Shown here one piece after another: positions 44,934-54,224 of a DNA stretch of 64,000 nt. A model generated the notes under the pieces. That model was not told the DNA's origin, searched no databases, and saw only the letters and a program-made list of their open reading frames with translations. Both the position numbers and the translations under genes were made by a program. Each line of letters starts with the position of its first letter. The stretch's first letter is position 1. Location of the stretch: assembly GCA_051971635.1 (NCBI GenBank), contig JBFPLN010000003.1:512001-576000 (forward strand), in the 5' to 3' direction. The stretch comes from Candidatus Atelocyanobacterium thalassae. GTDB taxonomy: Bacteria; Cyanobacteriota; Cyanobacteriia; Cyanobacteriales; Microcystaceae.

Positions 44934-46223
44934 TTAATATGTTTTAAAAAAATTTTTTCTTATTCTAGATGCTTTTTTAAAACAACTTACATATTGTTGA
45001 CAACCTTCAGAAAAAACAATATTTAATTTGAGCGGATCACCTTGAAGTTTATCTATACTATGAGCAGTAGTGTTTTCGCTTTTATAGGAACTAATATCTA
45101 ATGTTTTGCGATCTTTCACTTCGCCAGCTTTACTATCAACATAAATAATAGTATTACGTTTATTGAATTCTTCTCCTATTGACTGAATTAGTTCTAAGAA
45201 GTTTCTATCGCTACCTCCTCTAACACAAATAAATTTCCCAGAGTCTTCTATAATTTCACTAGTAATCGTATCACCCACTCCTATGATAGTTGGAATGTAA
45301 GAAGGGTTGAAGTTGTCTCTTATCAAAGATAAAATTTCTCTTTTGGTTTTAGGTACTTGTTTAAAATTAAAATTTTTTCCTAAAGGATAGTTACCAGTTT
45401 TTTTATATACGTAATTATTTAAGATTAATAAAACTCCAGCCTCTTTTGTGGCATTCTTTAACATAAATTGAAAGTCCGTTGTTCCAGAACTTTTATTTTG
45501 AGCAAATTGTATAATTTCTTGTCCTTGTTTATCTTTTCCTAAGTTAACTGTACAGTGTATAAAGAAAGAATTAGATAAGCCTTCTTGTTTAGCTTTTTCT
45601 AGTAATTCACACATCAGCTCATAAGTAAAATTTTGTAGTTTTATATAGTTACTTTTTTGCCGATTCAAAAGATCATAAAAGGTATTAAGGTTAACAGTAG
45701 GAGATACTCTATTAAACAAAACTGTTTTTTGTATTGATTTTTCTATTATGTCTTTACCTAAACTAAAATTATTTTTAGTAAAAAACTTTATAAATTTTTT
45801 TTGAATATATTTAGGTACTAAATCTAAAAAAATTAATTCTTTTGCACTTATGCCCGAATAAGCAACATCTCCATTAGAATCTTGCCATTGCACACTTCCT
45901 GCTGCTAATCCCGCGAAATATAATTGTTTGTCTTTTACTAATCTAATTTTGTTTTCGTAAGCCTTCTCAATAATAGAGTTAACTCCGTTTTCTCCACTGT
46001 GTTCTCCGTTTGTTAGAACATAAAAACTATCTTTGAATACTTGTACAGCCTCTACATACTTTTTATCTATTCTTCTAGCTGAAGGTTCTTTGACTAATTC
46101 CATACAAACTCCATCAAGATCTTGAATTATAAGTAAGTTGGGTTCACCAGCTAATTGTTTAATAAGCATTTCATAGTTAAAAAGTGAAGAATATTTGTAG
46201 GGCAACGAGGAAGAAATTAACAT
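44934..46223 (-). CDS. stpA: Glucosylglycerol-phosphate phosphatase (StpA/GgpP)
   Basis: HAD motif IIQDLDGVCM, VLTNGEH, GTTDFQFM, GVGDT, RGGSDRNFL and DPLKLN. Confidence 0.93.
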   Translation of the reverse strand: MLISSSLPYKYSSLFNYEMLIKQLAGEPNLLIIQDLDGVCMELVKEPSARRIDKKYVEAVQVFKDSFYVLTNGEHSGENGVNSIIEKAYENKIRLVKDKQLYFAGLAAGSVQWQDSNGDVAYSGISAKELIFLDLVPKYIQKKFIKFFTKNNFSLGKDIIEKSIQKTVLFNRVSPTVNLNTFYDLLNRQKSNYIKLQNFTYELMCELLEKAKQEGLSNSFFIHCTVNLGKDKQGQEIIQFAQNKSSGTTDFQFMLKNATKEAGVLLILNNYVYKKTGNYPLGKNFNFKQVPKTKREILSLIRDNFNPSYIPTIIGVGDTITSEIIEDSGKFICVRGGSDRNFLELIQSIGEEFNKRNTIIYVDSKAGEVKDRKTLDISSYKSENTTAHSIDKLQGDPLKLNIVFSEGCQQYVSCFKKASRIRKNFFKTY

Positions 46224-46409
46224 AACATCTTAAAGTGTGAAATCATATTCATGGTAACAAGCTTTGAAAACACCTATTGGGAATATTTTTCAGCTGTTCT
46301 GATTTCTTATTCATATTAAAAGTTAAGAGAAATATAGTGAATTTAACAAAATATATAACATAATAAATTATTTTGAAAAAGTTATTTTGTAGGACTAATT
46401 GAACAATAC

Positions 46410-47375
46410 TTATTTTCTGCCAAAATGGTGGAGATATTCTTTGTTTAGATAAAGCATTTCTACTATTGATTTGGAAACAAAAGGAAAAATCTTCTTATTT
46501 TTACTATTCTCGTCTCCTTCTATAAACATTACGAGAAGGAATGAAGGTAACTCTGGTACTTTGATATATGCTGCATCATGGCGAACTTGACTAGTCCATC
46601 CAGCTTTTGACCATAGTTCAGCAGTTTCAGGAAGGCCTTCTCCAAAAAAACCTGTAATTTGATTTTCTATTAAATCATTACTAGAGATATTATTAATTGT
46701 TCTTTTTAGTAGACTCATCATTTGTAATGATCGTACTAAGGAAACAGCTGTGCCGGAAACGATATTGTGAAATAATTTCGCAACTGCATTAGTAGTTAAA
46801 ATATTTTGATTACTTCTGATTTCTCCAAGAAATTTTTTTTCTCTTCCATAAGGTCCATCAGACCAAGTTTTTTGATTAACATTGACTCTTTCCAACTCTT
46901 TCCAACCTAAAGTTCTAAAATAGGTGTTGATGACATTACGTTTATATTTCCAAGCTGAAAAACTGTTATTAGTTAATTCTGGACCGCTATTTGTATTTGT
47001 TAAACTATCTATTACTAAACTGGTCGCATCATTGCTAGACTCGACTATCATATCATTTATGGCACGACTTAACTCAGAGGAAAGATGTACTTTTCCTATC
47101 TCTAGCCATTGATGAATAGCAACCAAATAAAATAATTTAATAATGCTAGCTGGATAAATAGGTTCAATACCACGATGATTAACCCCATATATTGAATGTT
47201 TTAAAAATTCTTGTGGGAAAATCAATTGTTGATCTTGAATAGTTTTCGTTTGTTTATAAACAATCCAAGTAAATGAACATTGTTCAGCACTGAGTGTAGG
47301 AAACTCTGTTAAGGTTCTTTCTAAAATTTGATTCCCTAGTGATTTTAAAACAGTATCTGATTGAAAAAAAGTCAT
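46410..47375 (-). CDS. Class A beta-lactamase-like serine hydrolase (cyanobacterial PBP-A-like)
   Basis: YPASIIK (SxxK), SSNDAT (SxN) and WSKAGWTSQVRHDAAY. Confidence 0.88.
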   Translation of the reverse strand: MTFFQSDTVLKSLGNQILERTLTEFPTLSAEQCSFTWIVYKQTKTIQDQQLIFPQEFLKHSIYGVNHRGIEPIYPASIIKLFYLVAIHQWLEIGKVHLSSELSRAINDMIVESSNDATSLVIDSLTNTNSGPELTNNSFSAWKYKRNVINTYFRTLGWKELERVNVNQKTWSDGPYGREKKFLGEIRSNQNILTTNAVAKLFHNIVSGTAVSLVRSLQMMSLLKRTINNISSNDLIENQITGFFGEGLPETAELWSKAGWTSQVRHDAAYIKVPELPSFLLVMFIEGDENSKNKKIFPFVSKSIVEMLYLNKEYLHHFGRK

Positions 47376-47411
47376 AGAATTATTTTAATTATGTAATATT
47401 TAGTATTTCTT

Positions 47412-48326
47412 CTATATCAGTTTCGATAAAACTAAACCTATTGATAATAGTATTCCACTAAAAAAATGAAACTTAATAGCTATAAATTTACTGTTTTGTA
47501 CCTTACTAGCTTGATTGTGATATTTCGAGACATGACATACAAGTTTATAAGCGATAGGAAAGCTAAATAAGTTTAAAAAAGTCCAAAAAGATAATATTTT
47601 TAATATTGGGAAAAATAATATTAAAAATATTAAGAAGATAATTGTTATTTTTAATACTATGGATCCTAATCTTGTACCAAGAAATACTATTGGTGATCTT
47701 TTTCCTGCAGAAAAATCATCTTTTACCTGATGAAAATGAGAACAAAACAAAATAATAGATGTACTAATTCCAATTAAAATTCCGGATGCTAAACTTACAA
47801 TAGAAAAATGTTGAACCTGAGAATAGTAAGATGCTGATACTGCCATTGGGCCAAATGTGACAAAGCATATAATTTCACCTAGCCCTTTATACCCTAGACG
47901 AAAAGGTGGACCTTGGTAACTATATCCTAAAATACAGCAAAGAGTTACTATGCATAATACTGTTAAATCTCGTTGCCACCAAGAAATCAATACAATTCCT
48001 AAAATACCTAGTATCAAAAATATATTAGATAGCCAAAATATTAAAGATTTGTTTTTAATCAAATTAACAATAGAGTGAGCTTTATTTTTATCAATTCCTG
48101 TATCGGCATCAAAAAAGTCGTTACTAATATTTATCCAAGCAATAATTAAAATAGAAGATATTAAAAATGTTGTAAAAATTTTGAAATTGAATGTTGATAT
48201 TTCTTCGAATGCAGCTGAACTTCCTACAATTATAGGAATAATAGATACACTATATACTGGTATTTTAATTGCAGCTAACCATAGCTTTTGTCTAGATGTT
48301 AATTTTTGTGCGGATACTATACTCAT
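47412..48326 (-). CDS. menA: 1,4-dihydroxy-2-naphthoate phytyltransferase
   Basis: LWLAAIK.P.YSV, NDFFDADTGID, YQGPPFRLGY and HFHQVKDD..AGKRSPIV. Confidence 0.93.
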   Translation of the reverse strand: MSIVSAQKLTSRQKLWLAAIKIPVYSVSIIPIIVGSSAAFEEISTFNFKIFTTFLISSILIIAWINISNDFFDADTGIDKNKAHSIVNLIKNKSLIFWLSNIFLILGILGIVLISWWQRDLTVLCIVTLCCILGYSYQGPPFRLGYKGLGEIICFVTFGPMAVSASYYSQVQHFSIVSLASGILIGISTSIILFCSHFHQVKDDFSAGKRSPIVFLGTRLGSIVLKITIIFLIFLILFFPILKILSFWTFLNLFSFPIAYKLVCHVSKYHNQASKVQNSKFIAIKFHFFSGILLSIGLVLSKLI

Positions 48327-48454
48327 AAAATTTCCAATTTAGAATAATCTCTATGATATGATTCTTAGGAAAACTGTAATTTAAGATATGGGTAATATTC
48401 AAGAGACAGCGTTCATATTGTACAAAAGTGGAACAAATTATAAATAAACTTACA

Positions 48455-49906
48455 ATGTCCATTACCCCAATGTTTATTCCTGACAGTACTAGCTTCATAA
48501 ATAATCCACGCTATCTCGAAAATTTACTGACAACCTATCGAACAAAGTTTAAAAGTCATAATCAATCAGTTATTATAAGTTTATCTTATGTTATCAATAC
48601 AGTTGACACCCTGTCCGGTTTAAATTTTTTGGCTAACCGAGAAAAATCATGCTCCTTATCAGATACGATTTATTTTTATTGGGAAAACAAGGTAAACAAT
48701 GAAGAAATCTTAGGTTATGGCGCAACTGAACATTTTTCTATTAATTCCTCACATAGATTTTCTAGCTCTAAAGCCTGTATAAAAGATTGTTTATCGAAGA
48801 TCATTAAAATAAAAGAAAAAAAAGAAATAAATTCTTTTCCTCGTATTTTTTCTAGTTTTACCTTTTCCAAAAATATAGATAATTCTCATTATCCCTTTCC
48901 ACCAGCTTTTATTTTTTTACCATATATTCAATTAATAAAATTAGATAATAGCAGTATCTTGACTTTTAACATATCGGTGGAAAAGAAAACAGATATAAAA
49001 CGAACAGCTTTCAAAATTTTAGCCATAAAAAAATCAATATCCTCTTTAAAGACATACCAAAGCAAAAAAGGAGAATTGAACAAGATAGTTCGCTCTAATA
49101 TTAATTCAACAAAAATTCAGAAATTTAAAAATTCTGTTCATTTGATTCTAAGATCTATAAAAGAGAATAAATTTCAAAAATTAGTACTAGCTGATTTTTT
49201 AGACTTGAAAAATTCTGTTCGTTTTTCTATTCCTCATTGCTTAGATAACCTACGTTCTCATTATCCAGATTGTTATGTCTTCGCAATTAATAATGGAAAG
49301 AATCATTGCTTTATTGGAGCTAGCCCTGAACGATTACTGAGTATCAAAAATAGTAAACTCATAACTGATGCATTAGCAGGCTCCTCTCCAAGAGGGAAGA
49401 ATAAATACGAAGATTCTAATTTAGCTCAAAAGCTTTTAAAAAGTTCTAAGGAAAGATATGAACACCAAATAGTCATTAAATCAATCTTTGAAAGCCTCTT
49501 AGGTATAGGTCTTAATCCAAAAGTCTTGCCTTTAAAGATTTTAAAGCTATCTAATATACAACATCTCTGGACTCCAATTTATAGTAAATTAAAGCCTAAT
49601 ATTCATCCTATAGATATAGTTGCCACTTTACATCCTACCCCTGCTGTCTCCGGGTTTCCTACAGCTATAACTTGTAGAAAAATTGAGTATTATGAACAAT
49701 TTATACGTGGACTTTATGCAGCTCCTCTAGGTTGGGTTGATTCTAATGAAAATAGCGAATTTATTGTGGGTATTCGTTCTGCTCTGATTTCGGATAATAA
49801 TGCTAGATTATATGCTGGTGCTGGTATTGTTAAAGAATCTTGCTCAGAACAAGAGCTTGCAGAAATTCAATTAAAATTCGAGGGGTTACTTAAAACGTTG
49901 TCTTAA
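48455..49906 (+). CDS. menF: Isochorismate synthase
   Basis: FIGASPERL, ALAGS, KERYEH, LHPTPAV, RGLYAAPLGW and YAGAGIV; divergent from menA. Confidence 0.92.
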   Translation: MSITPMFIPDSTSFINNPRYLENLLTTYRTKFKSHNQSVIISLSYVINTVDTLSGLNFLANREKSCSLSDTIYFYWENKVNNEEILGYGATEHFSINSSHRFSSSKACIKDCLSKIIKIKEKKEINSFPRIFSSFTFSKNIDNSHYPFPPAFIFLPYIQLIKLDNSSILTFNISVEKKTDIKRTAFKILAIKKSISSLKTYQSKKGELNKIVRSNINSTKIQKFKNSVHLILRSIKENKFQKLVLADFLDLKNSVRFSIPHCLDNLRSHYPDCYVFAINNGKNHCFIGASPERLLSIKNSKLITDALAGSSPRGKNKYEDSNLAQKLLKSSKERYEHQIVIKSIFESLLGIGLNPKVLPLKILKLSNIQHLWTPIYSKLKPNIHPIDIVATLHPTPAVSGFPTAITCRKIEYYEQFIRGLYAAPLGWVDSNENSEFIVGIRSALISDNNARLYAGAGIVKESCSEQELAEIQLKFEGLLKTLS

Positions 49907-49998
49907 AAAAATGTGAAGGTTTCTAAACTATTGATTCTGACAAATTGACTTATAGTCGAGATAGGTCTCAGTTCTCATCACGAGTTCAATGTCCAAGA

Positions 49999-50493
49999 TT
50001 AGTGAAACTCATAATAACTGAGTAAACCAAATCCAAATCCACCAAAACAAGTAATAAATAGATTAATTATAATTTGATATCTAGAGACACTAAATTTCTG
50101 CATTTCTAGTTTAGCTAGAATTGTACTACAAATTAATAAAAAAATCGTAGAAACATTTACAATCCAACGTAGTAAAAAAACTGTTATGAGCGACCATAGA
50201 AAAACAGTTATCATAGCTTTACTATCTGATTTAAAGCTATTACCGAAGACTATTGTTAAGATAGTATCTGGGTTTGATAGCCCTATAATAATTAAGAAGA
50301 TTATTACAATTGCTATTAAATGTATTAATAAAAAGAACGTCTCATTTTTCATAGATAGGCCGTAAGCATTAACTTTTTGTCCTAACCAGTAGCTCCAATC
50401 AGAAGCTGAACTTCCTAGATACCAACCGAAAGAACCGTATGTAAGTAAAATAACGATTAAAGATAAGAAAGGAAACTTAATTAATCTTTTCAT
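49999..50493 (-). CDS. Hypothetical membrane protein
   Basis: 164-aa ORF with 4-5 TM helices and cyanobacterial-style P.LSL..LLTY..FGW and F.SD.KA motifs. Confidence 0.7.
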   Translation of the reverse strand: MKRLIKFPFLSLIVILLTYGSFGWYLGSSASDWSYWLGQKVNAYGLSMKNETFFLLIHLIAIVIIFLIIIGLSNPDTILTIVFGNSFKSDSKAMITVFLWSLITVFLLRWIVNVSTIFLLICSTILAKLEMQKFSVSRYQIIINLFITCFGGFGFGLLSYYEFH

Positions 50494-51292
50494 AGTTTTG
50501 AACTAAAATTTATGTTTTGATAAATAAAATAAAAGTTTTTAAATAGATAACTCTAAGGTATTTAGAGATTAAAATATAAATATTGTAGGAAAGTTATTTC
50601 CGAAATAATGTATTAATAGTAAATATACTAAAAGATATCTATTTAATTAGTTAGCATCTATAACACCATTCTATGTAGCAAAATTAAAAATAAATATATT
50701 ACCTGATAAAATGCTTTACACTCAGTAATTTTTTAATAATTATTCTTTGCGATTACAATTTATAGAGACAGTAGCTTTTAGATTCTTACTTTGTATTCAT
50801 AATACTATCCTCCTAGTTATTAAACTATCCATAGCAAATCATACGGTTTTGTAAAAAAATTCGTATTGTTTAAGATGTAACAAAGATATAATTTTTTAAG
50901 TAGAAATTTGTAGAGTTCAGGCTTTATATATTATAAATTTAATTTGTTGAATAACAGAAGATATTTGGAAGATTTAAATATGTATATCCATATAAATTAA
51001 TCTTTATTTTTGTTAATATGTTTGGGAGAAAACTAATATTTTAATCTAAAGTAATATTGCTTTTATTCCATAGATATATGATTCTAAAGTCAATTCCTTA
51101 AATTGTATTTTATGTAAAATAAAAAGACAAACTGGTAATAGATAGAATAAATTTTATTTTATACTTTACTTATTCTAAAGGATGATATTAAATGTTATGA
51201 ATATTTCGGATTTCATTTATAAAAACTACTTTTATATGTATTTCTATTACTAATTAATAAATCTTTTTATGTAAATAATTAATTTTATATAC

Positions 51293-51326
51293 AGTAACTA
51301 CATGTAGTTACTAAACCTTCTATAAT
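51293..51326 (+). promoter_or_regulatory. Putative promoter: 20-bp perfect palindrome plus TATAAT -10 box
   Basis: AGTAACTACATGTAGTTACT (51293-51312), then TATAAT at 51321-51326 and ATG at 51348. Confidence 0.5.
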
Positions 51327-51347
51327 ATTGGTATTTAGTGAGTAATC

Positions 51348-52304
51348 ATGCATTCTAATACAAATCAGACTGAAATGTCAGTTATCATTCCTTGTTACAA
51401 TGAAGAGCAAGGCCTAGAGCACCTTTTTGTAAGAATTTTAGAAGTTTTGGATAATCTCAATTTATCTTACGAAGTTATTTGTGTAGATGATGGTAGTCAG
51501 GATCAAACTTTAAAATACTTGATTAATTATCATTATCTTTATCCTCAAATCAAAGTAATTAGTCTATCTCGTAATTTTGGGAAAGATATCGCCCTAACTG
51601 CAGGACTTGAGAATGCTCAAGGACAAGTTATTATACCTATTGATGCCGACCTGCAAGATCCTCCTGAGCTTATTGAAAAATTACTTCAAAAATGGCGTGA
51701 AGGCTATGATGTAGTTTATGGAAAACGGAGATCTAGACAAGGTGAAAGTTTTGTAAAAAGATTTACAGCTAATGCATTTTATAAAGTTATTAGTAAAATC
51801 GGCAGTATTTCTATTCCTCAAGATACAGGAGATTTTCGTCTACTAGATAGAAAGGTAGTAGATGCTTTAAAAACTATGCCAGAACGTACTCGATTTATGA
51901 AAGGACTTTTTGCTTGGGTAGGTTTTAAACAGACCTATATTGTATATGATCGCCCTAGTAGATTCCAGGGAACTAGTAAATGGAATTATTGGCAATTATG
52001 GAATTTTGCTTTAGATGGTATTACTTCTTTTAGTTTAATTCCTTTAAAAGTTTGGAGTTATTTGGGAGTATTTGTTTCATTCTTATCATTTGTATATGGT
52101 AGTTTTTTAATTATTAGGACGTTAGTTTTAGGAATTGATGTACCAGGGTATGCCTCTTTGATGGTTACGACTCTATTTATAGGGGGACTACAATTAATCA
52201 CACTAGGTATATTGGGAGAATATTTAGGCCGTATTTATGAAGAAACAAAACAGCGTCCCTTATATTTAATTAAAGAGCGTCATGGATTTCATATAGACTT
52301 TTAA
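51348..52304 (+). CDS. GT2 polyisoprenyl-phosphate glycosyltransferase (GtrB-like)
   Basis: SVIIPCYNE, VDDGS, SRNFGK, IDADLQDPP, TGDFRLLDR, two C-terminal TM helices and GEYLGRIY...RP.Y. Confidence 0.92.
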   Translation: MHSNTNQTEMSVIIPCYNEEQGLEHLFVRILEVLDNLNLSYEVICVDDGSQDQTLKYLINYHYLYPQIKVISLSRNFGKDIALTAGLENAQGQVIIPIDADLQDPPELIEKLLQKWREGYDVVYGKRRSRQGESFVKRFTANAFYKVISKIGSISIPQDTGDFRLLDRKVVDALKTMPERTRFMKGLFAWVGFKQTYIVYDRPSRFQGTSKWNYWQLWNFALDGITSFSLIPLKVWSYLGVFVSFLSFVYGSFLIIRTLVLGIDVPGYASLMVTTLFIGGLQLITLGILGEYLGRIYEETKQRPLYLIKERHGFHIDF

Positions 52305-52317
52305 AATTTTCGTCATT

Positions 52318-53067
52318 CTACCAATTCTTTTCGGTCCATACAGGATGTAAAAAAATAGAATTTGCAACCCTTACGCCTCTTAATTGGTTAAGAAGAGGAA
52401 GATGCCCAATTGGTGCATTTAAATTCCAAGTAAATTCTTTTGGATAGTAAGTCCAATGATTATCTTTTTTCCAGCCAATCTTACGCCATAATGCATTAAA
52501 GTCTTTTCCAGAAGATAACCAAAGTTTTCTTTGTACAGAAAACCCAAATTTTCCACTAGAATATAGCCACCATAAATTATTTATTGTATGAAGATCCATT
52601 ACAGGAAAATTGGCAACTTCTGTAAAATAGATCCACTTACGTTGTAATGCCCCTTCACCAGCTAATTCCCATAAAATATGACGAGTTAAAGTATCTGCTT
52701 TTTGAAAATTTTGCTCAAGTAATAATTGACTAAGTGGTCTATAGTCAACGTTGGCTTGAGAATCAAGAGGTGCTAATCCATTAGGGAAATAATTCTGAAT
52801 AAATAATTCTGTTTCAGGCATATTAACTTTATATAGTTCTCGATAAATCTCTCCTTGTATAAGATTAAGATTGTTTATATCTGATAACTTTAAAAAATCT
52901 ATTAAAACTTCCCATCCAGTATTTCCCATACCAATTAATTGAGGAATTAATTTAAATTGCTCTTTCGATGTTCCATTTACAAACTGATGTGCTAATGTTG
53001 GATTCGGAAATTTATTTTCTAAATCATTAATTGTAGAAATTTTTTTGTTAGTCATAAAATTGTCCAT
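52318..53067 (-). CDS. gun4: GUN4 (Ycf53) Mg-chelatase activator
   Basis: DYRPL..LL, ADTLT, RKWIYFTEV, S.GKFGFSVQR, APIGHLP and NQLRGVR. Confidence 0.92.
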   Translation of the reverse strand: MDNFMTNKKISTINDLENKFPNPTLAHQFVNGTSKEQFKLIPQLIGMGNTGWEVLIDFLKLSDINNLNLIQGEIYRELYKVNMPETELFIQNYFPNGLAPLDSQANVDYRPLSQLLLEQNFQKADTLTRHILWELAGEGALQRKWIYFTEVANFPVMDLHTINNLWWLYSSGKFGFSVQRKLWLSSGKDFNALWRKIGWKKDNHWTYYPKEFTWNLNAPIGHLPLLNQLRGVRVANSIFLHPVWTEKNW

Positions 53068-53175
53068 TAGAGTTAATTATAATTGTTAAAAAATCTAATA
53101 AACACTTCAAAATAAAGTTTTAATTACTAGATTATATAGTTGTTTTATCTGCGAATTACATGATGGTATTATAAC

Positions 53176-53205
53176 TTAGAAGATCTTGTTGATAGGATCT
53201 TCTAA
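53176..53205. terminator. Hairpin between rbgA and gun4
   Basis: ttagaagatc ... gatcttctaa 10-bp perfect stem. Confidence 0.5.
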
Positions 53206-53333
53206 AGCGAACAGAAATTTAATTTTATAAGTTTATTTCATCTATTTAAAATACGAGGCAACTACAGACTTCTATTATGTATTATTTCAAGTTTAATGAA
53301 ATAAAAAATTCTGGGTTTAAAATTAACTAATAA

Positions 53334-54173
53334 TTAATTATTATCAGGTAATTCCAAGGGAAGACAACCCATCATACCTTTTCTAAAATCATTTAGTAGT
53401 TGTATTGCTGCCCTTTCCTTATCACCTCTATACAGGCTATTTCCCAAATTCTCAATATATTCTTCCCCAGTAATACCTGAAGGTTCAATTTTATAGCGGA
53501 GTTTTAAAATTTTGTCAAAGCTTAACTCCCGTAAGAAATCAATTAGTGCAGCTGCAACTTCTTGATTATCATAGGCAGCTTCTCCAATATCTTCACAAAT
53601 TGCAAGTTTAATAGCGTCTTTTTGATTTTCTAATTTAACTGGAATAACTCCTGGAGCATCTAAGAGCTCGATAGTTTTAGAAATACGTATCCATCGAAGT
53701 TGTCGAGTAACACCTGCACGTCTAGCACTAACAGCTACTTTACGTCCTAGCAGGCGATTGATTAAGGCTGATTTACCTACATTAGGAAATCCAATTACTA
53801 CTGCTCTAATTGGTCTAGGTTTCATACCACGATCAATCCTTTTGATATTAACTAAATTTCCGGCTTCTTTCGCTAATTGATTTAAAGACTTGATACCTTT
53901 CCCTTGCTTAGCATTAGTAAAATGAGCTATTTCTCCTTTATCCTTAAACCAATGTAACCACTTTGAGTATAAAGATTCTGGTATCATATCCATTCGATTA
54001 AGTACAGTAATTTTAGGCTTACCTTCTATCCACTGATCAATATTAGGATGATGTGAAGCAATTGGAATTCTTGCATCTAAAACTTCAAAAATAACATCGA
54101 TATTTTTAATTTGCTCTTTAAGTTGCCGCTCTGCTTTAGATATATGACCTGGATACCATTGAATTATTGACAT
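53334..54173 (-). CDS. ylqF: Ribosome biogenesis GTPase RbgA/YlqF
   Basis: IQWYPGH, DARIP, circularly permuted G motifs (NRMD before GFPNVGKS) and LLDAPG. Confidence 0.95.
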   Translation of the reverse strand: MSIIQWYPGHISKAERQLKEQIKNIDVIFEVLDARIPIASHHPNIDQWIEGKPKITVLNRMDMIPESLYSKWLHWFKDKGEIAHFTNAKQGKGIKSLNQLAKEAGNLVNIKRIDRGMKPRPIRAVVIGFPNVGKSALINRLLGRKVAVSARRAGVTRQLRWIRISKTIELLDAPGVIPVKLENQKDAIKLAICEDIGEAAYDNQEVAAALIDFLRELSFDKILKLRYKIEPSGITGEEYIENLGNSLYRGDKERAAIQLLNDFRKGMMGCLPLELPDNN

Positions 54174-54224
54174 AATTAAATAATTGCTAAAATAATTGCC
54201 TAAAGATTATTAGAATAAACTGTA

